Source: Curvularia clavata
Lineage: Eukaryota
Reading direction: 5' to 3'
Length of the DNA: 64,000 bases
Assembly (NCBI GenBank): GCA_023920165.1
Contig: CP089276.1
Location: forward strand, 248,001 to 312,000
Shown: piece after piece, positions 1 through 12,807 of the stretch
Layout: the number at the start of each line of letters is the position of its first letter
Position numbering within the stretch: position 1 is the stretch's first letter
Notes under the pieces: generated by a model
What the model was told of the DNA's origin: nothing
Databases searched by the model: none
What the model saw: the letters and a program-made list of their open reading frames with translations, nothing else
Program-made: the position numbers and the translations under genes

Positions 1-1263
1 CCGATGGAGTTTTTGAGCTGGCCAATGGGGCATCTGTAACCGATTTGGCCCAGTCGATTGGTAGAAGCGAGCCCTGGCGAAGCCGACTGCAGCAATGCCG
101 TCCCGACGTGTGCGTGCTCGTCCCGACAACGTATAGCCGGGACAGAGTGGCCGAGGCCGCCTGTCCTTGTGTAGCTCAAAGGCGTGCAAACATGCCAGGT
201 GGAACAAAGAGGAACCTGTCAGCACACGATCAACGTTAGGGTTAGCGTGTGTTCACTTGACTCTTGCGGCGTGGCCCTAGCAACGCAACTATGTGTGCAG
301 TACAGTACAAGTGGACATGGGTTCGGCAGTGAGATAGCCGCAGCCCCATGGCAAGCGAGCACAGATGTGTGTCTCCCAAGTCCAAGGGACCCTTTGAGTG
401 CGCAGCTGTCTCGAGTAAAGGCGAGCAAGCGTTGCGAAGAGGCTATTGGTCGGGCTGCATGTCTACCCGACGTGCTAGGCAATGGACCCGGGCGCAGCAT
501 CTGGACCCTTTGATATTCCAGCCTGGCGGTCCAAGGTGACGAGCAAGCCCGCTCTAGCCATTGTGTTGAGAGATAGACAGAGCGAGAGAAGAGAGACGGA
601 CGGAGCAGGCCGGCCATGTCGTCCGTGGCGGGGAGGAGGAGGAGGCTGATACGGGTACTCAGGCCCAGCGGCTGCGAGCATGTGGCACGCGAGCTCCTGC
701 AGAGGCCGTGGCAGAGCAAAAGCAACCTCTGCCTGGCCTGTCTGTCGTTGCATTGCCGTGCACAGCCTCGAGGCGGCCCAGGGAGCGGCCCATGAACAGG
801 CCGAGCGCGTATGTGCAGGCAGAAACGACCAAATCAGTTGTGCCGGCTCGAGCTGGTGGGGAAACGGAACAGAGAATGCGCTCCCCGTCGTCATCGCATT
901 TGGCCTCGAACAAAACAGCCACAGCACTTAGCGTGCACGGCCTTGCTGGCGGCTGTCAGGTAGCGGAGGGAGCGTCACTTTCTTGCCTACAACACCAAGA
1001 GCCCGCCTGGCCAATTTCTCCTCCTCTGCCAGCCTAAGCACGCACGCAATTCTTTTTCCCATCCCGCTGCCTCAGGCCCCATCCGAGTTCCAAGCACGGG
1101 ACTAGTCGGCCTCCCGCTCGTCCCTGCGTCTACCTAACTCCCAAGCAGAACCCCCACACAACACCTATATACTGTCTGCAATTCTATGCCCCCAACGAGG
1201 CCCCCGACAACCCCCAGACTCTCTCTTCCCTCCTCCCACAAGTCCTCTTAGGTACAGGGCAAA

Positions 1264-3042
1264 ATGGGTCAGACGCTCTCCGAGCCCGTCGTTGACAAGG
1301 TAATTGCTCTCTCGCCCCCGCCCCCGCACCGTGTGCTTCTTTCACCCGTGGCGACGGTCGCCCGCCTTGAGACCAAAGGGCGCGCATCCCATGTTACATG
1401 AAACGGCAATGCTGAATTTTACCCTCTGCAGAAATCCGAGAATGGCGATGGCGAGTCACTCATCTACGGTGTCTCCTCCATGCAGGGCTGGCGCATCAGC
1501 ATGGAAGACGCACACGCCGCCGTACTAGACTTCAACGCCGAAGACACCAAGGGAACCCCTACCGACAAGCGACTGGCCTTCTTTGGCGTCTACGACGGAC
1601 ACGGCGGTGACAAGGTGGCTTTGTATGCTGGTGAGCAGTTGCACAAGATTGTTGCAAAGCAAGAGGCGTTCAAACAGGGAGACATCAAGAAAGCTCTGCA
1701 GGATGGCTTCCTGGCCACAGACCGCGAAATCCTGAGTGGTACGTTTACTCTCAGCACCGCTCTGATCATCGACAGCTCGCCTAATGATTACAAATAGACC
1801 CCAAGTATGAAGAAGAAGTCTCTGGCTGCACGGCATCAGTCGGTGTCGTAACAAAAGACAAAATCTACGTCGTACGTCCACTCCACATCCCATCACTTTA
1901 CGATGCTCACAAAAAAATTAGGCCAACGCAGGTGATTCGCGCACTGTCCTAGGAGTCAAGGGGAGGGCAAAGCCCCTCTCATTTGACCACAAGCCCCAGA
2001 ACGAGGGTAAGAATTCTACCAGCCGCATGCGATCGCCACTGACACCTTTGCAGCCGAAAAGGCACGTATCCAAGCCGCAGGTGGCTTTGTCGACTTTGGC
2101 CGTGTCAACGGTAACCTGGCCTTGTCGCGCGCAATAGGCGACTTCGAGTTCAAAAAGAGCGCCGACCTTCCTCCCGAGCAGCAAATAGTGACTGCTTATC
2201 CTGACGTCGAGATACACGACATCAACCAGGACGACGAGTTCCTGATTGTGGCTTGCGATGGTGAGAGGACACGTCTCTGGAACCCCATGGCCCTTTGCTG
2301 ACTGAATTTCAGGTATCTGGGACTGCCAGTCTTCTCAGGCCGTTGTCGAGTTTGTGAGGCGCGGTATTGTCGCAAAGCAGGACCTCGCATCCATTTGCGA
2401 GAACATGATGGACAACTGCCTGGCTTCTAACAGCGACACGGGAGGTGTTGGCTGTGACAACATGACCATGATCATTGTTGGTCTGCTGCAGGGAAGGACA
2501 AAGGAGCAGTGGTACGAGGATATCGCAAAGCGGGTTGCGAATGGAGAGGGTCCATGTGCGCCACCAGAGTATGGCAAGTCAGAAGATCCAGCCGAATCTC
2601 CCGAGACGGGCGAGTAGTTCAGTTCTAATACAATCGTGTAGCCGAGTTCCGCGGTCCCGGTGTTCACCATCGCATTGACGATTCTCCTGATGACATCGAC
2701 ATGGATCTCGACAGCCGCTTCCGGCCGAACAACACCAACGGCGGTCGCATCATCCTTCTCGGCGACGGCACTGAAGTATCAACCGGAGATAACGAGACTG
2801 AGATGTTTGAGAACGAGGATGAGGACAAGGATCTTGACTCACAAGTCAACAAGTACAACCACGAGGCCGACAACAAGTCCCGCCAGGACCGTGAAGGCAC
2901 ACCTGGCCCTCAGCATGACAGCAAAGTTCAAGTGACCGAGTCGCCATCCTCTGTCCAGACAGAGAAGTCTGATTCTTCTGCAACGCTATCACAGGGATCT
3001 CAAGCCAAGAAGCCATCCGAGGCTGGCATAAGCGAGAAATAG
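1264..3042 (+). CDS. PTC2: Type 2C protein phosphatase, Ptc2/Ptc3 family, 7 exons (1264-1299, 1432-1738, 1798-1871, 1922-2006, 2054-2260, 2313-2573, 2642-3042)
   Basis: [12 protein letters not shown] start (myristoylation-type Gly2/Ser6); motifs [56 protein letters not shown]; splice sites read by eye; last intron is GC-AG. Confidence 0.95.
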
Positions 3043-3900
3043 TTTATGCTTGCTTGACCTGGCTGCAGCGTTTGGGGTTTTGAAGATCAGCGTTGGTGCT
3101 TATCAACGTGCCGTGCCGTTTTGACGAATGTTTTTTTATTGCAAGCGATGACGGGTACTGGGTTTCCTGCAGGATCAAAGTAGCGGGTCATGGAAACAAG
3201 CCTCACGGGTCCTATGCGGGCAGTTTTACGAAATGATACCTGGCGGACTAGACCATCGCCATTCCCTATACCTAACTACCCTCTTTTTGTTTTTGCCGAC
3301 ACATTGGTATTTTTCAACCAGAGCTCACGACTTGTCTGTCCATATTGTCTCTCCGCGGGGGCTGCGGTCACCACGTGATGACGTCATATCTATGCGCATG
3401 TGCTATTACACGCATGAGCTCCAGAGCGATGCCGTCAGTGTATGCCGTTTTTCAGGATTTATTGATTGGACTGAAGTTCCTTGAATGACGTGCAGACAAG
3501 CTTTGAATATGGTTTCTAGCACTGCCGTCGCTTGCGCGCTTTGCATCCCATGCGTCATCTGGACGGCATCTAGCCCAAGATTTGACCTTTGCGAAGTAGA
3601 GAAACCATACTGACAATACACATATTTGGCAGCCTTGCGTCAAGTACGATGCCTTCGATGTGGATCAGTGGGTGGCAGACCGGAGATAACAGATGTCCAG
3701 GGTCCATATCCGTACTTCATCACCTTTGGTCATAGTTTGCAATGGTAGTCCAAGCGTCACAATTATGGTATGAACCTGACAGATCCGGAAATGACTAGCT
3801 GCCGTTATCAGTCAGAGCTGATTAGAGATACAAAAGAGTCTATCAATCATCAATCTCAGTACATTCTAACATCTATCGCGCCTACCTTGTCTTTCTCATA

Positions 3901-5327
3901 ATGGATCCCGTCAACCCAAACCAGAAAGTCCGGACGACTCCGCAGTATGCTTTGTACCAGCGCGAGAACTTTTGGAAATCAAACGAGGGAGAAACTCCAG
4001 TATTCAACACAGGTATAGCAACTTGCCTTGGCATCAGGTTTCTTGATTAACACTAAGATATCGTACAGATCCCGGAAAGCTCGAGGAATTAGCGAAAGAG
4101 AAACTTAGCCAAGGGGGCTGGTTCTATGCCTCCTCCAACGCCGGTCAATCGCGTACACATACTGCCAACCGACAGGCCTTCTACCGGCATCGAATCATTC
4201 CGCGCATGCTCGTCGATACAAATCAACGTGACACCGCGACCGAGATCTTCGGACACAAGGTTCCTGCACCAATTGGATTTGCGCCCGTCGGCATCAACAA
4301 GATATACAATCCACTTGGCGAGTTACCTGTAGCAAGAGCTGCTGGAGCATTGGGGTTGCCTTACTGCCTTTCGACAGCAGGGTCACAAAGCATTGAGGAC
4401 GTGGGCCATGCCAATGACCAAGGCGTCAAGAACGGGCGAGGTGATTGCGGGACTGCTGCTGGTGGCGGTGAAAAGGGCCTTAGGTTCTTCCAACTATACA
4501 TGCCCCATGACGACGAGCTTACACGCTCACTTCTGCAACGCGCTGTAGACAGTGGTTTCACAGCATGTATCTTGACAGTAGATACATGGCAACTCGGCTG
4601 GCGACACGATGACGTCGCAAACTCAAACTATGCCTTCTACCATGGCATAGGTGCAGATCTGGGCTTGACTGACCCGGTTTTCCAGAAGAGGTTGAAGGAG
4701 AAGGGCATTGATCCTACCACCCAGCCAAACGAGGCTGGCGCCCTCTGGATTGACAACGTATGGCATGGACGCGCGCATACATGGGAAAAGGCAGTGTGGG
4801 CAATGAACCTCTGGAAAGAGCTCAGTGGAGGAAAGCCCTTTTCTCTAAAGGGCATCCAGAGTGTAGAGGATGCAAAGAAGGCCGTTGAACTGGGCTTCGA
4901 CGGTATTGTCGTAAGCAACCACGCTGGACGACAGGTCGATGGTGCCGTGGCAAGCTTGGATGCTTTGGAAAAGATTGCCGACGGTAAGTTGTTCAGACAT
5001 CAGCCGTTTGTGAGTACTTTGCTAACAACGTGACCAGCTGTCGGCGACAAAATATACATCATGTTTGACTCTGGCGTACGCTCCGCCTCGGACGTTGTCA
5101 AGGCACTTGCCCTCGGTGCCAAATTCGTCTTTGTCGGTCGACTGTGGATCTGGGGTCTTTCCATCATGGGTGAGACGGGCGTCACTCATGTCATGAGAGG
5201 CTTGTTAGCAGACTTGGACATCCTGATGAATGTTGGAGGGTTCAAGAATATTGCGGAGATTACGAGAGATGCGCTGGACAGTGAGCCAAAGAGCTACCAA
5301 TTGTTGCCAACGGCTAGTAAACTGTGA
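3901..5327 (+). CDS. FMN-dependent alpha-hydroxy acid oxidase/dehydrogenase (lactate 2-monooxygenase-like) with C-terminal SKL; introns about 4013-4068 and 4984-5037
   Basis: Motifs IIPRML, PIGFAPVG, FFQLY, LTVDT, LKGIQ, VSNHAGRQVDG, FDSGVRS..DVVKALALGA, VGR; ends TASKL. Confidence 0.93.
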
Positions 5328-5777
5328 AGGGTGATGCATTAATGAATTATTCGTACTGTAAATGTATCACGGAATCAATGAACAACGCTTCTCTACTTGA
5401 TACAGAACTCTTTGTTACTCTTACAAACCAGTCTGCTAGCGTCCCATAAACATGCTGAGGTGACTGTCGCGTGGCACACAGTCCATGACGCTAGGCCAGG
5501 ATGGGCTGACCGCCGTAGGGCTGGGTAGATGGCCCAAGCACTCCCGAGCCACTTTAACTCAACTTCCTCCCCTCAATGCCCAGCTCCCCCTCTTGAGATT
5601 GCGACAAAACACGCACGCAATATGTTTCGTTTCCTTGCGCTTAATTGATTCTGTCATTGCGCCGAATTTCCCAACCAAAAAAGCACTGCAGCGCTGCCTC
5701 GGGTTACGTTCTTGCACTATTTGACATAAACCTACAGACTGGTCAGACCAGAATTACCTCCGCGTTGACTGGCCATC

Positions 5778-6936
5778 ATGTCAGTCATTCTGTGTACTGG
5801 TACGTGGATAAATGATCGTGCTTAGATTCAAACAACTAACTTCTGAAACAGCTGGTTACGACCACACTATTCGGTTCGCATAAGCCGGATGACGCGTTAG
5901 TCGCAATCTGTACTGACAGCTTGATGTCAGATTCTGGGAAGCGCTGTCCGGCATTTGCTCCCGCACGATTCCCCACCCGGACTCGCAGGTCAATCGCCTT
6001 TGCATCTCGCCCGATAAACGCTACCTTGCCGCCGCTGGCCACCACACCGTAAAGCTCTACGACATCAAGTCTACCAACCCGAATGCGATCCTCACTTTTG
6101 ACGGCCATACTTCGAACATTACAGGCGTCGCGTTCCACTGCGAGTCCAAGTGGCTGGTCACTTCATCGGAAGATGGCACGGTCAAGATCTGGGATACACG
6201 TTCAGGCAATGTCCAGCGCAACTACACCCATGGAGTTCCGGTCAATGATGTAGTCATTCACCCGAATCAGGGAGAATTGATCAGCTGTGATCGCGGCGGT
6301 AATGTGAGGATTTGGGACTTGGGCGAGAACAAGTGCTCCCACCAGCTCATTCCCGAAGATGATGTCAGCGTCGCCAGCGTGACAGTTGCGAGCGATGGCA
6401 GTATGGTATGCGCAGGAAACAATGCGGTAAGTCTACCCTTTTCCTAAAGAGCCCAGGCTTTCCACGATGGGTTCTAACTTGGACAACAGGGTAACGTCTA
6501 CGTTTGGCGTATGATCCAGCGTAGCGACACCACATCCATCCTGCCCATATGTAAGTTCTTGGCCCATACCACCTACATCACTCGCGTTCTCCTCTCCCCG
6601 GACGTCCGTCACCTAGCTACATGCTCCGCCGACCATACAGCTCGCATCTGGTCTGTCGATACATCTGCTCCTCACAACGTCACACCCAACGACAACCTCC
6701 CTCCAGCTAGCGAACGTGATCCCGCGGCTTTCCCGCTGGAGACTACACTACACGGCCACCAGAGGTGGGTATGGGACTGTGCGTTCTCAGCTGATAGCGC
6801 CTACCTGGTAACCGCCTGCTCCGACCACTATGCGCGGCTGTGGGAACTGGGTAGTCAGAGCATCATTCGACAGTACAACGGCCATCATCGTGGCGCCGTC
6901 TGTGTTGCTCTAAACGATACCGCTGTTGGCAACTGA
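5778..6936 (+). CDS. LST8: TOR complex subunit LST8 (WD40); exons 5778-5799, 5852-5873, 5931-6426, 6491-6936
   Basis: Spliced product [52 protein letters not shown] ... HQRWVWDCAFSADSAYLVTACSDHYARLW; two 22-nt first coding exons. Confidence 0.96.
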
Positions 6937-8580
6937 GGTTGATGACTTCGTTTCGTAATGAGGAGATATGTGCATGAACACGTGCATTTGCATCAGCGAC
7001 GGCGTTTGGGCGGGAATCAACATTCGGTAATGGAGAGGTGATTCAGTCAATATTATATGGGCGTTTGCGGCGAAAACTGTAACTTGTGATTATCGGGCTC
7101 GGGACTTGATTATCGGGTCACATCCACACGCGTGTATAGTCGGGTACATCGGTGTCAACACAGAAAACTGGAGGCACGAATCATGGTTGCATAGCTACGC
7201 ACATTGCAGCAGCAGCAGCCGCAGTAGAAAAAAGGAGGGAGATAGAAACTATCGTCTCCCATCGTATAGTTCCAGTCTTTTCAGTAATAATGATGCTTGA
7301 TTATTCTCTCCCTGTCTCCACATGAGACCTAGTGAATTTCAATGTCCACCCCAGCGCCATGATCGCTATGCATGATTTCCATCCTTCGTTCATTCGTTTC
7401 CTGGGCTCTTCTCTATCTAAAGACATGAAGCGGTACAATATGAGAGAAAAAAAAAAACAAGGTAGGACAGCAAAACACTTAACTACGACAACGACCTCTG
7501 AGTCGAGCAGAGAAAACAATAAGTAAGGAAAAAAAAAAGATGAAACGCCTGTGTAAATGCCCTGTTCAAGCATCCTTCCCATACGCGAACATACGTGCAT
7601 GCATGCAACAAAGTCAAATCAAGTCAAGTCACAGCCATACAGGAAGGCCCCTTATTCATCCCATGGTTTCGATTGTCTCATCATGCATACTTACTTTTGC
7701 AACCCTCGCTCTTCATTTCTTCTTCTTATCGATACACGTCGCCCTTCCCCAACTCATCTTACCCCGACCCCCCTGTTTTCTTACTTGCCCAACAAGGCCG
7801 AAAACCAAGACGATATATTCTTGCCTGGGGAATTGGATGCGGTGGAAACCATACTGTTGTCTCTCTCGGTGTTGTGGTGGTCCGATATATCTTCGCCGCT
7901 TTGACTGGTGGCGATGGTGAGAGACTGGTCCAAACTGCGTCGTTGCATCTTCTGTGGTGTCCAGGAGACTGGTTTTCTGGGGATGCTTAAGTGGGGAGGG
8001 GGAAGGGGCGCGTCGGTGTTATCGCACTGGAGAAAGCGGGTGCTGCGTGTATCGTGGAGGAGAGGTGCTGTAGCGCTGGTGTTATGCAGGTGAGAGATGA
8101 GGGAAGAACAGGAAGAAGTAGCAGTAATAGTAGAAGAAAATGGTGGTTTCGGAGATGGAGAGGACGTGGAGAGTAAAAGTGTAGTTGTTGGTGGTATAGT
8201 ATCTAGTTTGGCTCCGGACATGGAGATGGGTATTTCTCGCGAGGATGTGTTTCCTTGTTCCATCGACGGCACTGTGTCGTCAATTCGAGACTCGGGTTTT
8301 CCTACTAGGCTAGTCGTCGGGGCAGGTGGCGGATCCAGCCTCACCATAGCAGACGAGGGTGTACGCGTGGCTGATGATATTGCTGCTGTCACAGGAAGCT
8401 CCAAACTCGTGATTGCTGCGGACCTTATCTGCATACACAGCGGAATCTGGCCGGGCTTTACCCATGGCCGCGTTGTGAAGCGGCTCTGCGGCAGATCTAG
8501 AATCCAAGCAAGATTAGCTCTGTCTTCATGATTGTCCCAAGAAAGGGGGGCTAAGAGTAAAGATATAAGGAGGTAGTTGT

Positions 8581-11500
8581 TTAGGCAGGACCACCTTCAT
8601 CTCCCTTAGCCTCCTCTGGATTCTCGGGTGCAGCTTCGGCTTCTCCATTCTGCCTCTCAGCGCCATCGCCCTCGGGAGCGGCCGCTGCTGCCGCAGCCGC
8701 AGCCGCCGCGGCCTCAGCTTCTCTCGCCTGTTTCTCTGCCTTTGCTCGTTGCCGGGCAGCTTCACGTTCGAAATTTTCCTTGCGAGCTCGCTCATCCTTT
8801 GCTTTGCGCAGTCGTTCTGTTTCTTCAACACCGCCACTCTTCTTGAGCCTGCCCTCTTCGACAAAAGTACCCAGTTCACGCTTAAACTCGTCGTCGTTTC
8901 TCGTAGCGAGATCACGTTGTCGCGCCTTTTCAGCTCGCTCAATGGCCTCGAGTCTGCTCTCGTGGTTTGGTTGCAGAGCCTTGACCTCGCCCAGAACACC
9001 ATCACGAGCTTGCCGGGGATCCACGACCTTGTCCGCTGCGACTGCATTGAGCATATTGCGGCCACTAGCAGAGCGCATGCCCTTGCCATTCTCCTTCTCA
9101 CTCTCAAGGTTTTGCTGCTTTGTCGCCTGTTCAACCAGTTCCAGCGTCTGTGCTGCCTTCTCGAGATCGTCTTGCAAATCGGCAGCGAGTTCTTCTTGCA
9201 TAGTGAGCATGTCTCGTTCCTCGCATACAGTTTGCAGCTCCTGCTCCCAAATCTTGGTCCAGAGTGGCTTCTCCTTAGCCAGAACATCCTGCAATTTCTT
9301 GAGCTCGGCAGTAGCCATGGATAAATCTTTGGCGGTAGTCTCGAGTTGGCGAGGAAGGGGCCGGACGCCCCGCATTACAACGTCCTTTCTGAGATCCTCA
9401 ACCAGATCCTGTAGGTCATCCACCCTGTTCACAATCTTCTCGGAGTCGTCCTGTAAAGCCTTCTTTCCATTGTTGATGTAGGCACGGCCGCTATCGCCGT
9501 CGAGTGAAGGCAAAGCAACCTTAATAGCAGTTGATTTGACCGCGCCAGCTTTTGTACGAATCGTTGCCATGCTCGCCTGTATGTCCGAGACGAAGGATGA
9601 ATAGGTTTGTCGAACGACTGCTAAGTCTCGGCGTAGTGCCTGCACCTCACTAAGCTGAGTAGCGGATGTAACGTTGCCTTCGGAAGGCGGGCCAGTCGAA
9701 AAAGATCGTGAAGACATTAGAGCAGAGTTGCGGTTCGAAGCTAGCGGTGCTGCAGATATACCGGCGAGCTCCTTGGATGTTTGTTGCTGGCGTTCAGCAA
9801 CGCGCTGGATAGTAGCCTGTTGATCCTCGACAACGGTCTTGATACTCTCCACCAACTTGCTGAGCCCGCCAAACTTGTCATCAATGTGGTTCTTCACTTC
9901 GTCAAGCTGCTCCACATTCAGGACGAGGACTGACCGGTCCTTGATGTCTCGGATATCCTCCAATTCGTATCGCACACCGGAAACGGGATCTTGAATATGA
10001 ATCTCGGGTAAATCGCCATAACGGTGCGTATCCCAGGCGAATTTCTCGATAAAAGCCAATTGCAAGCGAGCCGAAGAGAGTTCGGAACCATCAGCAAAGA
10101 CGTATTTCTTAATCTTGCTCTTGTACTGAAGGAAAAGTGTGAGCTCTTTTCCTTGTTGGGGCGACTGCTCGGGAATGAATTGCGAGGGCTGTGGGGACGG
10201 TGTCTTTGTTCTGTAGGAACTGTTGCGGGTCGCTGATGGCCTTGGAGCTGCTTCCTTGACTGGTGACTCAGACCCCAGTTCGGCTGGTTCAGACAATGGC
10301 CCGTTGAGAGTAGCGCCGAGAGAAAGTTGGTCGCCTTCAGGGAATTTTGGTGCAGCAATCTTGTCTTGTGGTGTCTTCTGTGTAGGACTGTCGTCCGGTC
10401 CAAGTTCCTGAGGCGGCGGTATGCTCGGCGCTTTGCTATGGGAACTTTCTTCGGAGATGCGTCTGTCGTTGGGCTGATCATACGAGAATTTGGTGTCGAC
10501 TGCTGGTCGCTGGGCTCCCTGCTGGTTTGAGCGCTGCCGGTTGTGCATCACAGATGCTCTGGTTCGGACTGCATTCATGGATTCGCGTACATCCCGACCC
10601 CTATTCGGTATGGGCGAGTTCTGAACGGGTGGAAGGGGTATGTTGTTTGTACCGAGATGCTTCTGAATTTGGTACGCTGAGAATCTCCGCGAGGCTCTCC
10701 GCTCCAACTCTCCACCTCGTTGCAATGCAGCCAGTGCGTCCTCTTGTTGAGGTGGGGGTGGTGGCGGTGGGAAATCGACAGGATAGTTGGGTTGGGGTGG
10801 TTGCGCATGTTCTGGTGGCTTGGGCATGGGGTCATCGGAGGGATACGGTGTGGATGCGGACATTTGCTGAGTGGTAGAAGTTGATGTGGATGACGAGGCG
10901 GTGGACAACTGGCTGGCATTTGTCGAACGGTTCGATTTGGGGTTCGAGGGAAGCGAGTCGTACTTGCTTGGGGATGCTCGGCCGCCTCCCGCTACTGAGG
11001 ATGAGCGTGGGGGGAGACCAGGGCCTCCAAAAGACGGGCTTTCACCTCTGGAAGGCAGCCTCTGGCTAGCTGAGCGAGGTTGCTGTGTCTCCTCGACGTC
11101 GCCAGAGCTACCAACACTGGCCTGTCGGGGGCTGCCACCGCCGTTGAGCGAGCCATCTCTCCCTGTGCGCTGTCGTAACCGCTGTTGCTTCTTCTTGAGG
11201 CCGTGTAGGAGGTTGATTATAATATCTCGTATGCGAGGCAAGAAGTTGTCGAGACTGGCCTGCGATGCTTCCTGGCTGAGCGTCTCTTCCAGGATCCCGC
11301 GCAGCAGTTCTGGAACATTGCCCAGGTCGTTTGTGTCGACACCTATGGCATTGAAAGCTCGCGACGCAATGTTGAACTCGTAGCCCAGACGGACGTAGAC
11401 GTCGGAGACTTCGCTTTCGGTGGCGGTCCCGCGCGACCATAGTGTCAGTGTCTCTGGGCCGTGTTAGCGCATGTGATGGCCTCGGGCGTGGGGCTGGCTC

Positions 11501-11736
11501 TGGGTATGGCGTGGACTGACCAAGTAGTTGCTTTGTCGCGACGAGCAGATGTGTGACGGATTTCTCGATCTGAGAGAGTTGCTGCTGGGGCTGTAGTCGA
11601 GGTCATTGTCAGCGGCTGTAGTATGGCTCGGGCGCGGAGTGCGGAGAGGCCATGGACGTACATTCTTGGGCGCACGGCGTGATGACGATGAGGAGGACCC
11701 CTGGGACGAGCGCATAGAAGATGGCTCTTCGGCCAT
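8581..11736 (-). CDS. BUD6: Polarisome/actin-interacting protein Bud6/Aip3, two 5' introns
   Basis: IEKSVTHLLVATKQLLETLTLWSRG, VSDVYVRLGYEFN, LFLQYKSKIKK, IQDPVSGVRYELED, VDDLQDLVEDLRKDVVMRGVRP, EKPLWTKIWEQEL (AIP3 domain). Confidence 0.93.
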
Positions 11737-12807
11737 GATGGGGGACGACGTGGAGCGCGGGAGTGCGGCAGCGGCAGCAGAGTGAATGGCCGAGTGACGA
11801 AGCGTGAGGGCACGACACGCTCTCGCCGTGGTGTTGGCGTCGGTCGACGTTGGGTGCCCGCTACGGGCCAAGACATGAGTGGCTGGGCCGCACGTGGCGC
11901 CGTCTCACACCCGCCACGCCTCTTTTGCGCCGGGTGCCTATTTTGGGTCTGTCGCATGCTGATCGGATACGAGCATGCTGCAGCAAAGAGACCGTGTCTG
12001 GCATCTTTTCTTTCTTGTCTGAAGACTGGCCCAGCTGTCTGCACGGCCAATTTGCTGCACCAGCTACTCATGAGCACGCCACCGCACGTCGCCTCTTGAC
12101 ACAGTACTGAGGTTATACCGCAAGACACACACAAAAAATAAATGGGGCAAAACAATAGCAAAGAGGAGGCCGCAACACAAGGGGGGAATGGGCACCCTCT
12201 TCAAAAGCCAACAAGCGCGCATGACATGTGCGTCTGGTGGTGGTGGTGGGCGGGCAGCGTGCAGAGGGTCCATCCATTACAGCGCATGGCGGGTCTCGGA
12301 CAGTTGGGCAGCCACTGCACCCCACTGCACTGCACTCGGCGGAGCAGCTGGCATGCGTCTCTAGCAGGTGGACAGTGGTGAAGAGAGAACAGGTGTTTGG
12401 CCCATGACGAGCATTTGGCACGATGCTAGTATAGCTGAGGTGGGAGCATTCACGGCTACTGGCTCAGGCGGGCTTAGCTCCCGCAAGTGTTTCATCCAGG
12501 CGATCCTGCTTGGCGTTGCACCTCAGCGTCGACATCTGGCTTGCAATTCGAGCACAGCCTCCTATACCCATCGCGACTCTGCCGTACGGCTTCTCCTCAC
12601 CCTCGCCTTGCACTGCACTGCACTGCACTGCTCGCCCGCTGCCGTGCCTGCTCCGCCATTGACTTTGTCTGCCCCTGCGCAGCCCCCCGACCTGGAGCTG
12701 TCCACCTCTCCCCCGCGCCGCCCGTCGCTCCCTCTCCCACTGCACCCGCAACCACCGACACCGACACCGACCCAGACCCAGACCCGCGCTACCCAGCTCC
12801 CCCATCC

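Noticed and set aside
1..1180. Several overlapping ORFs of 60-170 aa
   Set aside because: No recognisable motifs or consistent splice structure; GC-rich promoter/intergenic sequence
8749..9481. Long antisense ORFs over BUD6 (likewise over PBP1, POR1, MAP2, ARO2, RasGEF)
   Set aside because: Shadow ORFs caused by codon bias of the sense genes
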